Below are positions 1-7,954 of a DNA stretch of 64,000 nt, one piece after another. The stretch spans positions 459 to 64,458 of IMG/VR virus record IMGVR_UViG_3300043395_002393; one strand, 5' to 3'. Each line of letters begins with the position of its first letter. Position 1 is the first letter of the stretch. This DNA comes from a virus (taxonomy: Duplodnaviria; Caudoviricetes). The notes beneath the pieces were generated by a model, which made no database searches, was not told the origin of the DNA, and was given only the letters and a program-made list of their open reading frames with translations. A program made the translations under genes and the position numbers.

Positions 1-731
1 ATCGCGGCAACCTGGGCGCGGATAGCCTCGGCGGCGGCCGGGTAGGTCTCGGCGAGGGCGGAGGGGCAAAGCTGACGAAGCTCGCGGGCCAAGCGGCGGA
101 AGGTGGCGCGGTTGCGGTTGAGGTCGGCGCGGGCTTCCTCAAGGTCGAGCTCGTGGCGGTGCATCTCCTGAAACTCCCTCTCGTCCTCGGCCATGCGTTG
201 GGCGACGCTGTCGGCGCGGCGGACGGTGTCGCGGGCGGCGTCGCGGCGGATGTCGTCGGCGGCATAGCTGCTGTCGGCGTCGCTGTAGTCGATGCGCTCC
301 GCGCTTGTGAGGTCCACGCGCAATCCATCATCCCACGAGCTGCGGACGGCTTCGAAGATCAGGCCGGGGAAGTCGGCGAGAATGACGGCGGCGGCTTCCA
401 GCGTGTCCTGCTGGTGCTCGTCGGTGTACCAACCCCGGTGGCTGAGGAAGGTACGGCCGGGCCAGTAGTGGGAAACAAGGGGGGAGTCCTCGTTCGTCCA
501 TAGGGTGGGGGTGGGGGCGTCGGGAGCGGAAAGCTCCGGGCCGCTGTCGTAGTTACCGAGGCGGTAGGCGCGACGCTCGGCAAGGGTGTTGCCGGCGTAG
601 GTGGGGAGCTGGCGGAGGGCGGCAAGCTGCGAGGGGGCGCGGCGGGTCTGCCAGCGGGCGAGCCGGGCGGCCGGGGTGGTGCGGTTGCGCAGTGCGCGGG
701 TGATGTCGGCGATGGTCGGGGTCGGTTTCAT
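1..731 (-). CDS. Hypothetical early phage protein, runs off the window start (MKPTPTIADITRALRNR...)
   Basis: Manual translation: ATG at 731, open to position 1, GC3-rich codons. Absent from the ORF track because it has no stop in the window. Confidence 0.75.
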   Translation of the reverse strand, partial: MKPTPTIADITRALRNRTTPAARLARWQTRRAPSQLAALRQLPTYAGNTLAERRAYRLGNYDSGPELSAPDAPTPTLWTNEDSPLVSHYWPGRTFLSHRGWYTDEHQQDTLEAAAVILADFPGLIFEAVRSSWDDGLRVDLTSAERIDYSDADSSYAADDIRRDAARDTVRRADSVAQRMAEDEREFQEMHRHELDLEEARADLNRNRATFRRLARELRQLCPSALAETYPAAAEAIRAQVAA

Positions 732-762
732 GGGTCGAGGTGCTGCGGGGTTGGTGGTTGGG

Positions 763-987
763 CTAGGCGTCGGCGATGCGGCGGCAGTGCTGGCAAGGCT
801 TGTTCTCGGGGTTGTGCCGGTGCTCGGCGTCGATGGTTACCGGGGCGGAGTGACGCGGGAGTCCGCAAAGCGTGGCGGAGTAGTCCGGGCACATGATGTG
901 GGCCGGCTTGTTCCGGTGTTTCCATGCTCGGCGCATGGCGGCGGCCTGGTGCCAAGTAAGGGGTGCGGGGTGCGGGGTTGTGGTCAT
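763..987 (-). CDS. Small Cys/His protein (MTTTPHPAPL...AHIMC..TLCG..PCQHCRR), possible Zn-binding
   Basis: ATG at 987 overlaps the stop of the upstream ORF (ATGA); H-C-C-CxxC pattern. Confidence 0.6.
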   Translation of the reverse strand: MTTTPHPAPLTWHQAAAMRRAWKHRNKPAHIMCPDYSATLCGLPRHSAPVTIDAEHRHNPENKPCQHCRRIADA

Positions 988-1391
988 GGGGTGGTCTCGG
1001 TGATGAAAAGCACAGTGCAAGTGCCGGCGGGGTAAAGTGCGACCTGGTCGCCATAGTCGGCGCGGCGGCAGGGGTGGCCGGTCATGTCCAGCGCGGCCTT
1101 AGCCTGGCGGACGGCGTCGCGCATGGTGGCGGCAATGACGGTCCCTCGGCGGGTCCAAGAATAGTTCACTTCCCCTCCGAAGGTGTCGGTCCATTCGTAG
1201 GTGTAGGCGTTGGCGCGGATGACGGCGTAGGCATCGAGCCGGGCGGCGTGCTCGGCCGGGGTCAACTCCTCGTCGCTGAACTCGCGGCGGGCTTTGAGGA
1301 TGTCGGCAAGCACGGCGTCGAGGTCGAGGTCGGCGGGGCTGGTGTCGGCGAGGAAGTCGGCGAGGACGCGGCGGGCGGTGGCAAGTTTCAT
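984..1391 (-). CDS. Hypothetical early phage protein, 135 aa
   Basis: ORF with an ACC-rich leader following the repeated hairpin; GC3-rich. Confidence 0.7.
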   Translation of the reverse strand: MKLATARRVLADFLADTSPADLDLDAVLADILKARREFSDEELTPAEHAARLDAYAVIRANAYTYEWTDTFGGEVNYSWTRRGTVIAATMRDAVRQAKAALDMTGHPCRRADYGDQVALYPAGTCTVLFITETTP

Positions 1392-1411
1392 GGTGGTGCG
1401 GTGGTGGTTGT

Positions 1412-1442
1412 GGGCGGAGGGGTTGAACCTCCGCCCGTGGTG
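1412..1442. repeat. 31-bp intergenic hairpin repeat, copy 1 (GGGCGGAGG-GGTTGAA-CCTCCGCCC-GTGGTG)
   Basis: Identical to 1950-1980; 9-bp perfect stem. Confidence 0.9.
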
Positions 1443-1448
1443 CTGGTG

Positions 1449-1919
1449 CTAGTCGAGGCGGCCGGATGCGATGGCGGCGCGGACGGCGGGGAGGCTGGCG
1501 TTCTGCAAGTCCTCCTCGGTCACGGTGTCCACGTGTCCAAGGGCGAATTCGATGACGCGGGCGGACGCGGCGATTGTGACGGGGTCGTGGGGGAGTCGGG
1601 CGGGGCGGCGGCTCCATTTGCTCCATGCGGTGGCCATTACATCGGCGGGGGCGTGGTGTAGCTCGGCAAGGGTCACGCTGTCCCGGCGGCCGGCGATGTA
1701 GTCGCAAGCGGCGGCGGTCGCCTCGTCGCGCCATTGGGCGGCGGCGGCGTCGGTGGCGGTCCATCCAAGGGCGGCGAGGGCGGCAGCGGTGGCGAGGGCG
1801 GCAGCGGTGGCGATGCGGCGGCCGGCGGCGCGGGCCTGGGTGTGGCGGCGGCGATTGCGGCGGCGGGTCATGGGGCGGAGCATGGCGGCGGACTGGTGGG
1901 CGATAAGTGCGGGGCTCAT
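1449..1919 (-). CDS. Hypothetical early phage protein, 156 aa
   Basis: ORF bracketed by the two 31-bp repeats. Confidence 0.65.
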   Translation of the reverse strand: MSPALIAHQSAAMLRPMTRRRNRRRHTQARAAGRRIATAAALATAAALAALGWTATDAAAAQWRDEATAAACDYIAGRRDSVTLAELHHAPADVMATAWSKWSRRPARLPHDPVTIAASARVIEFALGHVDTVTEEDLQNASLPAVRAAIASGRLD

Positions 1920-1949
1920 GGTGTCGGGGTCGGTTGGTGGTGGTGGGTG

Positions 1950-1980
1950 GGGCGGAGGGGTTGAACCTCCGCCCGTGGTG
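1950..1980. repeat. 31-bp intergenic hairpin repeat, copy 2
   Basis: Identical to 1412-1442. Confidence 0.9.
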
Positions 1981-1985
1981 GGCGG

Positions 1986-2249
1986 TTAGCGGGCGGCGAG
2001 CTTGGCGACGGCGTCGCGGTCGAGGTCGATAGTGCCCTGTCCGTTCATGTTGCGGAAGGGGCGGACGGCAGACCAATCGGCAAAGCAGCCGGCGAGAAAG
2101 CGGGCGGCGGCGGCGGGGGTTTGGAACTCGTGGCGTCCTTCGTCCACGATGATCAGGATGCGCTTGCCGAAGTGTTCGGCGGTGGCGAGGGCGGCGGCGG
2201 TCTTGGCGAGGGCGGCGGCCTGGTCGGCGGTGGGGTATTGCGTAGGCAT
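1986..2249 (-). CDS. Hypothetical early phage protein, 87 aa; first gene of the leftward operon
   Basis: ORF directly after a sigma70-like promoter. Confidence 0.7.
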   Translation of the reverse strand: MPTQYPTADQAAALAKTAAALATAEHFGKRILIIVDEGRHEFQTPAAAARFLAGCFADWSAVRPFRNMNGQGTIDLDRDAVAKLAAR

Positions 2250-2255
2250 GGCGGG

Positions 2256-2283
2256 AGCATCGGGGAAATCGCAGGAAACGCAA
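2256..2283 (-). promoter_or_regulatory. Putative sigma70-type promoter TTGCGT-N16-GATGCT, 6 nt before ATG 2249 (leaderless)
   Basis: Hexamer match plus an upstream A-tract (UP-element-like). Confidence 0.45.
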
Positions 2284-2486
2284 GCAATTTTTTCTTCATC
2301 GTGTTGCGATTGTTTGCAAGTGGTTGTTTTCCAGTGGGTTGTGACGATAAAGTTTTTTAGCGGATGAAATGGGACGGCGTGGGGGATTTTCGATTTCAGC
2401 GGATGAAAAGGGCGGGGGCATATCTTCCGGGCATAAGTGGCTGAAAATGAAAGCGTGGCGGGTTTATTCGATTTCAGGAGATTTCT

Positions 2487-3012
2487 CTATCTGGCATTAC
2501 AACTCGAACAGCGGCGTGACGTGCCAGATATGGGAAAGTGGGTCGGAAAGGCGTTGAAAATGAAGGGGTTGCGAAGATCGGGCGCGGCGAGGGGTCGAGG
2601 TCGTGCCAGATACGTGCCAGATATGTGCCACGGTTGCGAGCCGTTGAAAATGAACGGGTTGCGAGGTAGATATGGTATATCTGGCACGTCACCAGCCGGT
2701 TTTGGGTCTGGCGGGGAGGGGGGAATATTTTTTCGGGTGGTGGAAAAAATCGCTCCCCCGTGTGGGGAGGTCGTTTAGAGTCGATGACGTGCCAGATATG
2801 GGAAAACACGGTTTTTCGGCTTGCGCAAGTGCTTGAAAATTAATGGAAAATGGTCAAATTGTCTATCTGGCATTACATCTGGCGCGTATCTGGCGCATGA
2901 CTTCGGGCTTCCGGGTGGCGGAATGGTGAAATCCCTTGTGGCTCTAGGGCTAGCGGGCGGCGTTTGGCGTATCTGGCACGTCATGGGCGATTTGTTAGAC
3001 AAGTGCCAGATA
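2487..3012. repeat. Array of about 10 GCCAGAT(A) motifs in both orientations plus IHF-like AATGAAnnnnTTG boxes; putative packaging or origin region
   Basis: TGACGTGCCAGATATGGGAAA at 2517 and 2785; CTATCTGGCATTACA at 2487 and 2863; further copies at 2603, 2614, 2677, 2887, 2970, 3003; CGTTGAAAATGAA(G/C)GGGTTGCGA at 2552 and 2642. Confidence 0.8.
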
Positions 3013-3061
3013 GGTCAAAGCGGGGTTTATTCGATTCCAGCGAAAATCGTCTGCGGGGCGC

Positions 3062-3240
3062 GGCTGCTGGTCGGCCGGTCGGCTGGTCGGCTGGTGCTGG
3101 TGCTGGTCGGCTGGTCGGCTGGTGCTGGTCGGCTGGTGCTGGTCGGCTGGTGCTGGTGCTGGTGCTGGTGCTGGTGCTGGTGCTGGTGCATCCTGGGCGC
3201 GGCTGGTGCATCCTGGGCGCGGCTGGTGCTGGTGCAGCCT
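3062..3240 (+). repeat. Simple tandem repeats (CTGGTG)n / GGCTGGTC / CATCCTGGGCGCGGCTGGTG x2
   Basis: Directly visible low-complexity tandem array. Confidence 0.9.
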
Positions 3241-3246
3241 GGGCGC

Positions 3247-3275
3247 TTGCCAGCGGCCGCCGGTTGCGGCATGGT
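3247..3275 (+). promoter_or_regulatory. Putative promoter TTGCCA-N17-CATGGT, 7 nt before ATG 3283
   Basis: Canonical spacing; leaderless arrangement. Confidence 0.45.
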
Positions 3276-3282
3276 GTGGGTG

Positions 3283-3990
3283 ATGTCACTTCTCGAATCG
3301 GTCACAAAGCAGGGCGGGACGCCGGAAGTCCGGGAGGCGCGGCGGTTGTTTCTCTACGGTGCCGGCGATGGCGTGAGGGTGCTCAAGGTCGAGCGGCTGG
3401 CGGAATTGTCGGGTGCTCACCAGCAGTCGATCCGCAAGTGGATTCCGACCTGGGAGGCGGAGCTGGAAAAGATCGTCGCGAATTCGTCGGAATTTGGACT
3501 AGAAATGCGGTTAAATGCCGAAATTCTGGCAAAACACGAAAGCGACTGTTCACAAATTCGCCGTAAAATTGATGCGCAACTCGCTGAATTAGAGCAACTT
3601 CCGAAGATCGAAAAGTCGCTTCTCGCCGCCGTTCGGGCGGTCGCGGATTGTGGAAATCCTACAGCGGCCGATTCCGCGGTTGCGCTGCTGTCTAAGTTTT
3701 TTGAAGCGGGCAACTATCGCAGGACGGCGGAGGCGCACCTGCTCAAGCTGCAAGCTCACTGGTCCCGGATGGCCGGCATCGAGTCCTTGCAAGCGGTGGC
3801 GGAAACGCGGGAGAAAGCGCTTGCAACCGGTCGAGCGAAGCTCCGGCTTAAGAGCGAAGCGGCGGAGGCCGGCGCGGCTGGTGGCGATGGTGCGCGGCCG
3901 GCCGGCGGGTCCAGCGTCGCCGGCGGCGTCTTTGCCAAGCGGTCGCCAGCTGCTCCGGTCGTCGAGTCCATCACGGAAGATGACGTTTGA
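3283..3990 (+). CDS. Putative terminase small subunit / HTH DNA-binding protein, 235 aa
   Basis: N-terminal HTH-like ARRLFL..VERLAELSGAHQQSIRKW, helical body, position beside the repeat-rich non-coding region. Start placed at MSLLES rather than at ORF-track 2821. Confidence 0.5.
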   Translation: MSLLESVTKQGGTPEVREARRLFLYGAGDGVRVLKVERLAELSGAHQQSIRKWIPTWEAELEKIVANSSEFGLEMRLNAEILAKHESDCSQIRRKIDAQLAELEQLPKIEKSLLAAVRAVADCGNPTAADSAVALLSKFFEAGNYRRTAEAHLLKLQAHWSRMAGIESLQAVAETREKALATGRAKLRLKSEAAEAGAAGGDGARPAGGSSVAGGVFAKRSPAAPVVESITEDDV

Positions 3991-4369
3991 CGCTGGCGCG
4001 GCGTCGCCGGCTCGTTTCGGATTCTCCATCGCCGGCTCGCCGGCCGGGTCGCGGCGTCTCTGGTTCTCCGGTTCCGGTTGCTGACCGGATCGCCGGTTGA
4101 CCAGGGCGGAGGCTAGCGGGGCGGGGGCATAGGGGCGCAAGGGACCCCCGGGAGCCGGCGGCGAGGGGGTACGGGGGCTTGCCGGTGCGATTCGCCAGCG
4201 AGACCGACCTCGGGAGCGGTGTGCATACACTGAGACCATTTTCAGTCCTGAAACCCGAAAACGCGAAATCCGGCTACAGTAAAGGGGAAGGGAACCCCGG
4301 ACCCCCATACCCCGGTTGCCAAGGGACCCCCTACGGGGGCCTTCAGGAACCCCTGAATTAACTTGTCGA

Positions 4370-4400
4370 TTGACAGCGCAATTAACGTCCCTATTGTTGC
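4370..4400 (+). promoter_or_regulatory. sigma70 promoter TTGACA-N16-TATTGT with ATTAAC spacer motif
   Basis: Near-consensus hexamers; same architecture as 9982-10012. Confidence 0.65.
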
Positions 4401-4407
4401 CCCCACC

Positions 4408-5205
4408 ATGAACCCCACCGACCACGCCGCGATGCTGCGGCAGACATCCGCCCTGATGGAAGAAGCCGCCCGCGCCGTGGAGCGTGTGGAGGAGCTTGAA
4501 GCCCAGCTTGAGAAGCACCACGTCAACGGGAAGCGGCTCGAAGCTGCCATGCCGCCGCCCAACCCGATCCATCTGCAACCGTTAGTGGAGCGAGTTCTCT
4601 CTCGGTTGGGTCGGTATGAAGAGCTGTTTTCCGAAAACGAGGAGCTTCGTCGTGAGAACGCCGGGTTGAGAAGCGAGATCACCTCGCTCGGAAACCACGC
4701 CATCTGCCGCTTGAACTTGCTGGGCGATATTCACCGTGTCCTCGGTTCGGACGGCGGGGAGACGGGGGCGAACATGTTGACGGGAGTCCCGCCCGAGCTG
4801 GCCCGGCTGCCGAAGCGGATCGAGCGGCTCATCCGCGAGAACGAGACGCTGGCCCGCAACGTGCCGCCCGAACCCTCGGTCACCTCGCTCGACGGGGTGC
4901 ACTACGCCCAAACGACCGAAGCGGCACCGGAGAAGCCTTTCGCGTGGACTGGGAAAACCCCAGAAGAGCAGGCGGCTCTGGACGAGCTGAACGCCCTGGC
5001 GACCACCTGCCGGATCGTCGGACAACAGTGGTGCTCCACGTCAGGAAACCGCACCTTGTCGGACGCAGTCCAATTCTACATCGACCACCCGCTCTCGGGT
5101 AAGGTGTTGGTCCTCTGCAACGTCAACCAGAACGTCGTAACGGGGGCCTTGACCTACGAGCCCGTGCGCGTTAGCGATCTCCCCTCTCTCCCCTCTCTCC
5201 CCTGA
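4408..5205 (+). CDS. Hypothetical coiled-coil protein, 265 aa
   Basis: ORF starting MNPTDH after CCCACC; heptad repeats. Confidence 0.7.
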   Translation: MNPTDHAAMLRQTSALMEEAARAVERVEELEAQLEKHHVNGKRLEAAMPPPNPIHLQPLVERVLSRLGRYEELFSENEELRRENAGLRSEITSLGNHAICRLNLLGDIHRVLGSDGGETGANMLTGVPPELARLPKRIERLIRENETLARNVPPEPSVTSLDGVHYAQTTEAAPEKPFAWTGKTPEEQAALDELNALATTCRIVGQQWCSTSGNRTLSDAVQFYIDHPLSGKVLVLCNVNQNVVTGALTYEPVRVSDLPSLPSLP

Positions 5206-5211
5206 ATTTTT

Positions 5212-5595
5212 GGGTGCCCCGGGTTTCGACGTGATTCCGGTTCACCAATGTAGCACGCGGAGGTTGATCGGCTGGCCTCCTAAAAAGCCGATCGCAAGAC
5301 CAACTGGCAACAATGACCAGATCCCCGATTACGCGCCGAGCCTGGCCGAAGCCGACGAGATCCTCGCCCGCTTCGCGACCGAGCTTGAACTCGTCTGAGG
5401 GAGCACGCCCCGGAGCCGGCCGACGCAGGCCCGGGGAAACAATGCGTCGGAAAAACAGTCTGCATCCTGCCGATGATGCAGTGGTGGAGGTGACCGGAAA
5501 CGGTCGCCTTATGGTGCCCGGCGTCATCCGGGACAAGCGTGTAGAAGCATTGGTGACAGGTGTCGCGGACAGTGGTTCAACTCCACTGGCATCCC
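5212..5595 (+). ncRNA. ssrA: Phage-encoded tmRNA
   Basis: Acceptor stem GGGTGCC/GGCATCC with G3-U; GGTTTCGAC after the 5' end; helix 2 (TCACCAATGT/GCATTGGTGA, GCACGC/GCGTGT); PK1 GGAGG/CCTCC + GATCGGCT/AGCCGATC; T-arm AGTGG-TTCAACT-CCACT; internal tag ORF. Confidence 0.92.
5306..5398 (+). other. tmRNA tag reading frame (A)GNNDQIPDYAPSLAEADEILARFATELELV*
   Basis: Resume codon GGC after CAACT just downstream of PK1; TGA at 5396-5398. Confidence 0.8.
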
Positions 5596-5648
5596 CTTTC
5601 CATTTTTGGCTTGTAAAAAGCGCCAGAAACCGGCAAATCCGGCGGCGC

Positions 5649-6173
5649 ATGAACAAGTCCAACCGATTGTTGAAAGCTGCCTTTGAGCGAGGCTACCGGG
5701 TCAATGAGCGCGGCGAAGTAGTGAGCCCGAAAGGGCGAGTGAGAAAGCCTCAACAGCATCTCAAAAAGTGCGGCTACTGCGTAGCGATCTTCACGGTAGA
5801 CGATCGTGAAGGGACAAGCTACCCACTCAGAGTCCATCGGCTGCTAGCCTACCAGATGTTCGGCGACCGGGTGTTCGAGCCAGGAATCGAGGTCCGACAC
5901 CTCGATGGAAACTCGCTGAACAACACACCTGAAAACATCGCGCTCGGGACACCGTCCCAGAACGCGCTTGATCGCCCTCCGATCGACCGCAGGCTTCACG
6001 CCAGTGTCGCAGGAAAGGCTCAGTCACCGCACACGGACGAAACATGGGCGGCTGTTCGTGCGGACCGCGCGGCCGGGATGGGGTACAAGAAGCTCCGGGC
6101 AAAGTATGGGATTGGGCTTTCAACCTTATCCTTCCAACTCTCGAAAACTGCCAAGCGCAGGACTCCTTTTTGA
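5649..6173 (+). CDS. HNH homing endonuclease, 174 aa
   Basis: VHRLLA..VRHLDGNSLNNTPENIALGTPSQN motif, C-terminal HTH; lower GC than flanks. Confidence 0.9.
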   Translation: MNKSNRLLKAAFERGYRVNERGEVVSPKGRVRKPQQHLKKCGYCVAIFTVDDREGTSYPLRVHRLLAYQMFGDRVFEPGIEVRHLDGNSLNNTPENIALGTPSQNALDRPPIDRRLHASVAGKAQSPHTDETWAAVRADRAAGMGYKKLRAKYGIGLSTLSFQLSKTAKRRTPF

Positions 6174-6177
6174 CGAC

Positions 6178-6702
6178 ATGAATGCAACAGTGAAGACAGC
6201 ACAGATGGGCCTCGCCGCAGGTGAGGTGGTGGAAGTGGTCAACCGCGGCGTCCGGTCCTGCGTGGTCCGCAGCGGCAACCGCGAGATCAACGTGACGGTG
6301 CCGACCGAGGACCTCGACTTCTCGGGACCGATTGACGGGCCGCCGCCCGAACCGGGCGAAACCAGCGACATTGGAACCACCCCGGCACCGGTGGAGAACG
6401 CCGCGCCCTACGACCCGGAGACGGACCCCGCGGTGAAGGATCTGGACGATCCGAACAACGTCATGCGGTCTGAAAAGACCATCGAGGTCCTGCCGGACTC
6501 CTGCGACGAGGAGCTGCCCGATACGATCGGCGGTGAGCCGACCAGCGAGGTCGAGTCCAAGCGGACCTTGCTCGATGACGAGCGCGACGTGGATGCGTTC
6601 CCGGAAGCCCACACGTCCGCCGACGACAGCGACCTCGACGAGGAGCTGCCGGAGCCCCAGGGCGGCTGCACCGACGGCGAGAGCTGCGAGGCGTGCCAAT
6701 GA
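6178..6702 (+). CDS. Acidic protein with small N-terminal beta domain and C-terminal CTDGESCEACQ tail
   Basis: ATG 6178; D/E-rich linker; terminal CxxC. Confidence 0.75.
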   Translation: MNATVKTAQMGLAAGEVVEVVNRGVRSCVVRSGNREINVTVPTEDLDFSGPIDGPPPEPGETSDIGTTPAPVENAAPYDPETDPAVKDLDDPNNVMRSEKTIEVLPDSCDEELPDTIGGEPTSEVESKRTLLDDERDVDAFPEAHTSADDSDLDEELPEPQGGCTDGESCEACQ

Positions 6703-6750
6703 CCTTCCGGCCGGATCGACCGGCGTAAGCAGCCGTCGCTCGGTCCACGC

Positions 6751-6781
6751 AAAGCCCGCGCCCTACCAAGGCGCGGGCTTT
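6751..6781. terminator. Bidirectional intrinsic terminator
   Basis: AAAGCCCGCGCC-N7-GGCGCGGGCTTT between convergent genes. Confidence 0.8.
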
Positions 6782-6799
6782 CTGCTTGGCAGAATCAAA

Positions 6800-7381
6800 C
6801 TACCCGTGGTTCGCAAAGGCCCCGTGGTAGCGCAGCCGGGCGGCTTGAATTGTGCGGATGGCGTCTTCCTTTTCCTCGAAATACCCGAAGTGGTGCAGCT
6901 TTCCATCAAAGTAGAGCCGGACCTGCCACTTTTTCATCGGTCGGAACCAGTAGACCCCTTTGACCCCGCTGGTGCTGTTCCGCCCAAGCTGAGAGTTCCG
7001 GGCGTTCTCTTTCGTCGTAGCCAGTCTCAAATTGGCGATTCGGTTGTCATCGCGGATTCCGTTAATGTGGTCGATTGGAAGGCGTGGCCACTCTCCATGA
7101 GTCAGTGCCCAAGCCGCCCAGTGGCCCGTCATGTTGGACTTCTGAAGCCGAAAGACTCGGTAGCCTTGAATTGAGATGCTGCCGGGGCTTTTTCCACTGA
7201 AACGAAGGTTCCACATCCGCATGTCACACTCCCGAGGAAAGTGGTGCTTTGGGCGTGTTTTCCAACGAAGTTCTCCGGTAGCTGGATCGTAATCAACAGC
7301 TTCTCGAAGGATTTGAACGTCAGGCTTGTCAGCGTGGAGACAAACCGCTAGGGTTCCTCCATCGGATTCATGGTCACTCAT
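6800..7381 (-). CDS. HNH-AP2 homing endonuclease
   Basis: YDPATGELRW, IDHINGIRDDNRIANLRLATTKEN, NSTSGVKGV..WQVRL..HFGYF (AP2). Start codon uncertain. Confidence 0.92.
   Translation of the reverse strand: MSDHESDGGTLAVCLHADKPDVQILREAVDYDPATGELRWKTRPKHHFPRECDMRMWNLRFSGKSPGSISIQGYRVFRLQKSNMTGHWAAWALTHGEWPRLPIDHINGIRDDNRIANLRLATTKENARNSQLGRNSTSGVKGVYWFRPMKKWQVRLYFDGKLHHFGYFEEKEDAIRTIQAARLRYHGAFANHG
7326..7354 (+). promoter_or_regulatory. Promoter TTGTCA-N17-TAGGGT, antisense to the HNH-AP2 5' end, likely driving the fibre operon
   Basis: Good hexamers with 17-bp spacing. Confidence 0.5.
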
Positions 7382-7390
7382 GGTTCTGTA

Positions 7391-7477
7391 GGGTCGGGAG
7401 TCTGCCTCATACAGACTCCCGACCCGATCGGCATACCACGCCCGCGAAAGTGGGTCAAGCATCCCTACGAAAGTAGG
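7391..7477. other. Intergenic hairpin cluster: 14-bp perfect IR plus two GAAA-tetraloop hairpins
   Basis: GGGTCGGGAGTCTG/CAGACTCCCGACCC (7391-7425); GCCCGC-GAAA-GTGGGT (7440-7455); CCTAC-GAAA-GTAGG (7464-7477). Confidence 0.7.
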
Positions 7478-7499
7478 CAACCCGAACCAACAGAAACAA

Positions 7500-7886
7500 A
7501 TGAAACAACTGATTAGCTGGCTGTCGCGGCTCGAAGCCGCTCAGATCGCAGCCACCGTCGTGTCCACCGTCGCCGCGACGATCACTCGCGCCCAAGCTGT
7601 TCGCCACGTCTTCGTGTCGAACGCCGGCGCGTCCGGTGCCGTCACGTTCACCCTCCCGCCCGCTGAGCCGGGTCTCCGGGTGACCGCGATCGTCGAAGCC
7701 GCGCAGCAGCTCCGGCTCGACCCGAGCGGCACCGAGACCGTCGCTCTGCCCTCCACCGGCGTTCAGTCGGCCGCGGGCAAGTACATCTGGGCCGATGCCG
7801 CGACCGAGCACGTCAACTTGGTCTGCCTCGTAAAGGGCACCTGGGATGTCGTCGGCTTCAGCGGCACCTGGACCGCGGAGGTATAA
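7500..7886 (+). CDS. Small virion/fibre-associated beta protein, 128 aa
   Basis: SNAGASGAVTFTLP motif resembling those of neighbouring fibre proteins. Confidence 0.65.
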   Translation: MKQLISWLSRLEAAQIAATVVSTVAATITRAQAVRHVFVSNAGASGAVTFTLPPAEPGLRVTAIVEAAQQLRLDPSGTETVALPSTGVQSAAGKYIWADAATEHVNLVCLVKGTWDVVGFSGTWTAEV

Positions 7887-7954
7887 GCCCCACACCCTAG
7901 CGGCGGCCCGGCTCCCCCGGGTCGCCGCACCCCTTCTCCACCCGATCGCCGCCC

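Noticed and set aside
2487-3240. Repeats as a CRISPR array
   Set aside because: Units are short, in mixed orientation and irregularly spaced, with no unique spacers of constant length and no cas genes.
2821-3282. N-terminal extension of ORF 2821-3990 with a WCWCWC run, and antisense HQHQ/TSTS ORFs
   Set aside because: These are translations of the microsatellite; a promoter-like element and a better start lie at 3247-3283.
5560-5600. tmRNA 3' end as a prophage attL/attR
   Set aside because: Phage genes lie on both sides, and I saw no duplicate of the 3' end and no integrase in the window.
5210-5648. ORF 5210-5398 and the N-terminal half of ORF 5313-6173 as proteins
   Set aside because: They overlap the tmRNA. 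Only the tag frame is meaningful, and the HNH starts at 5649.
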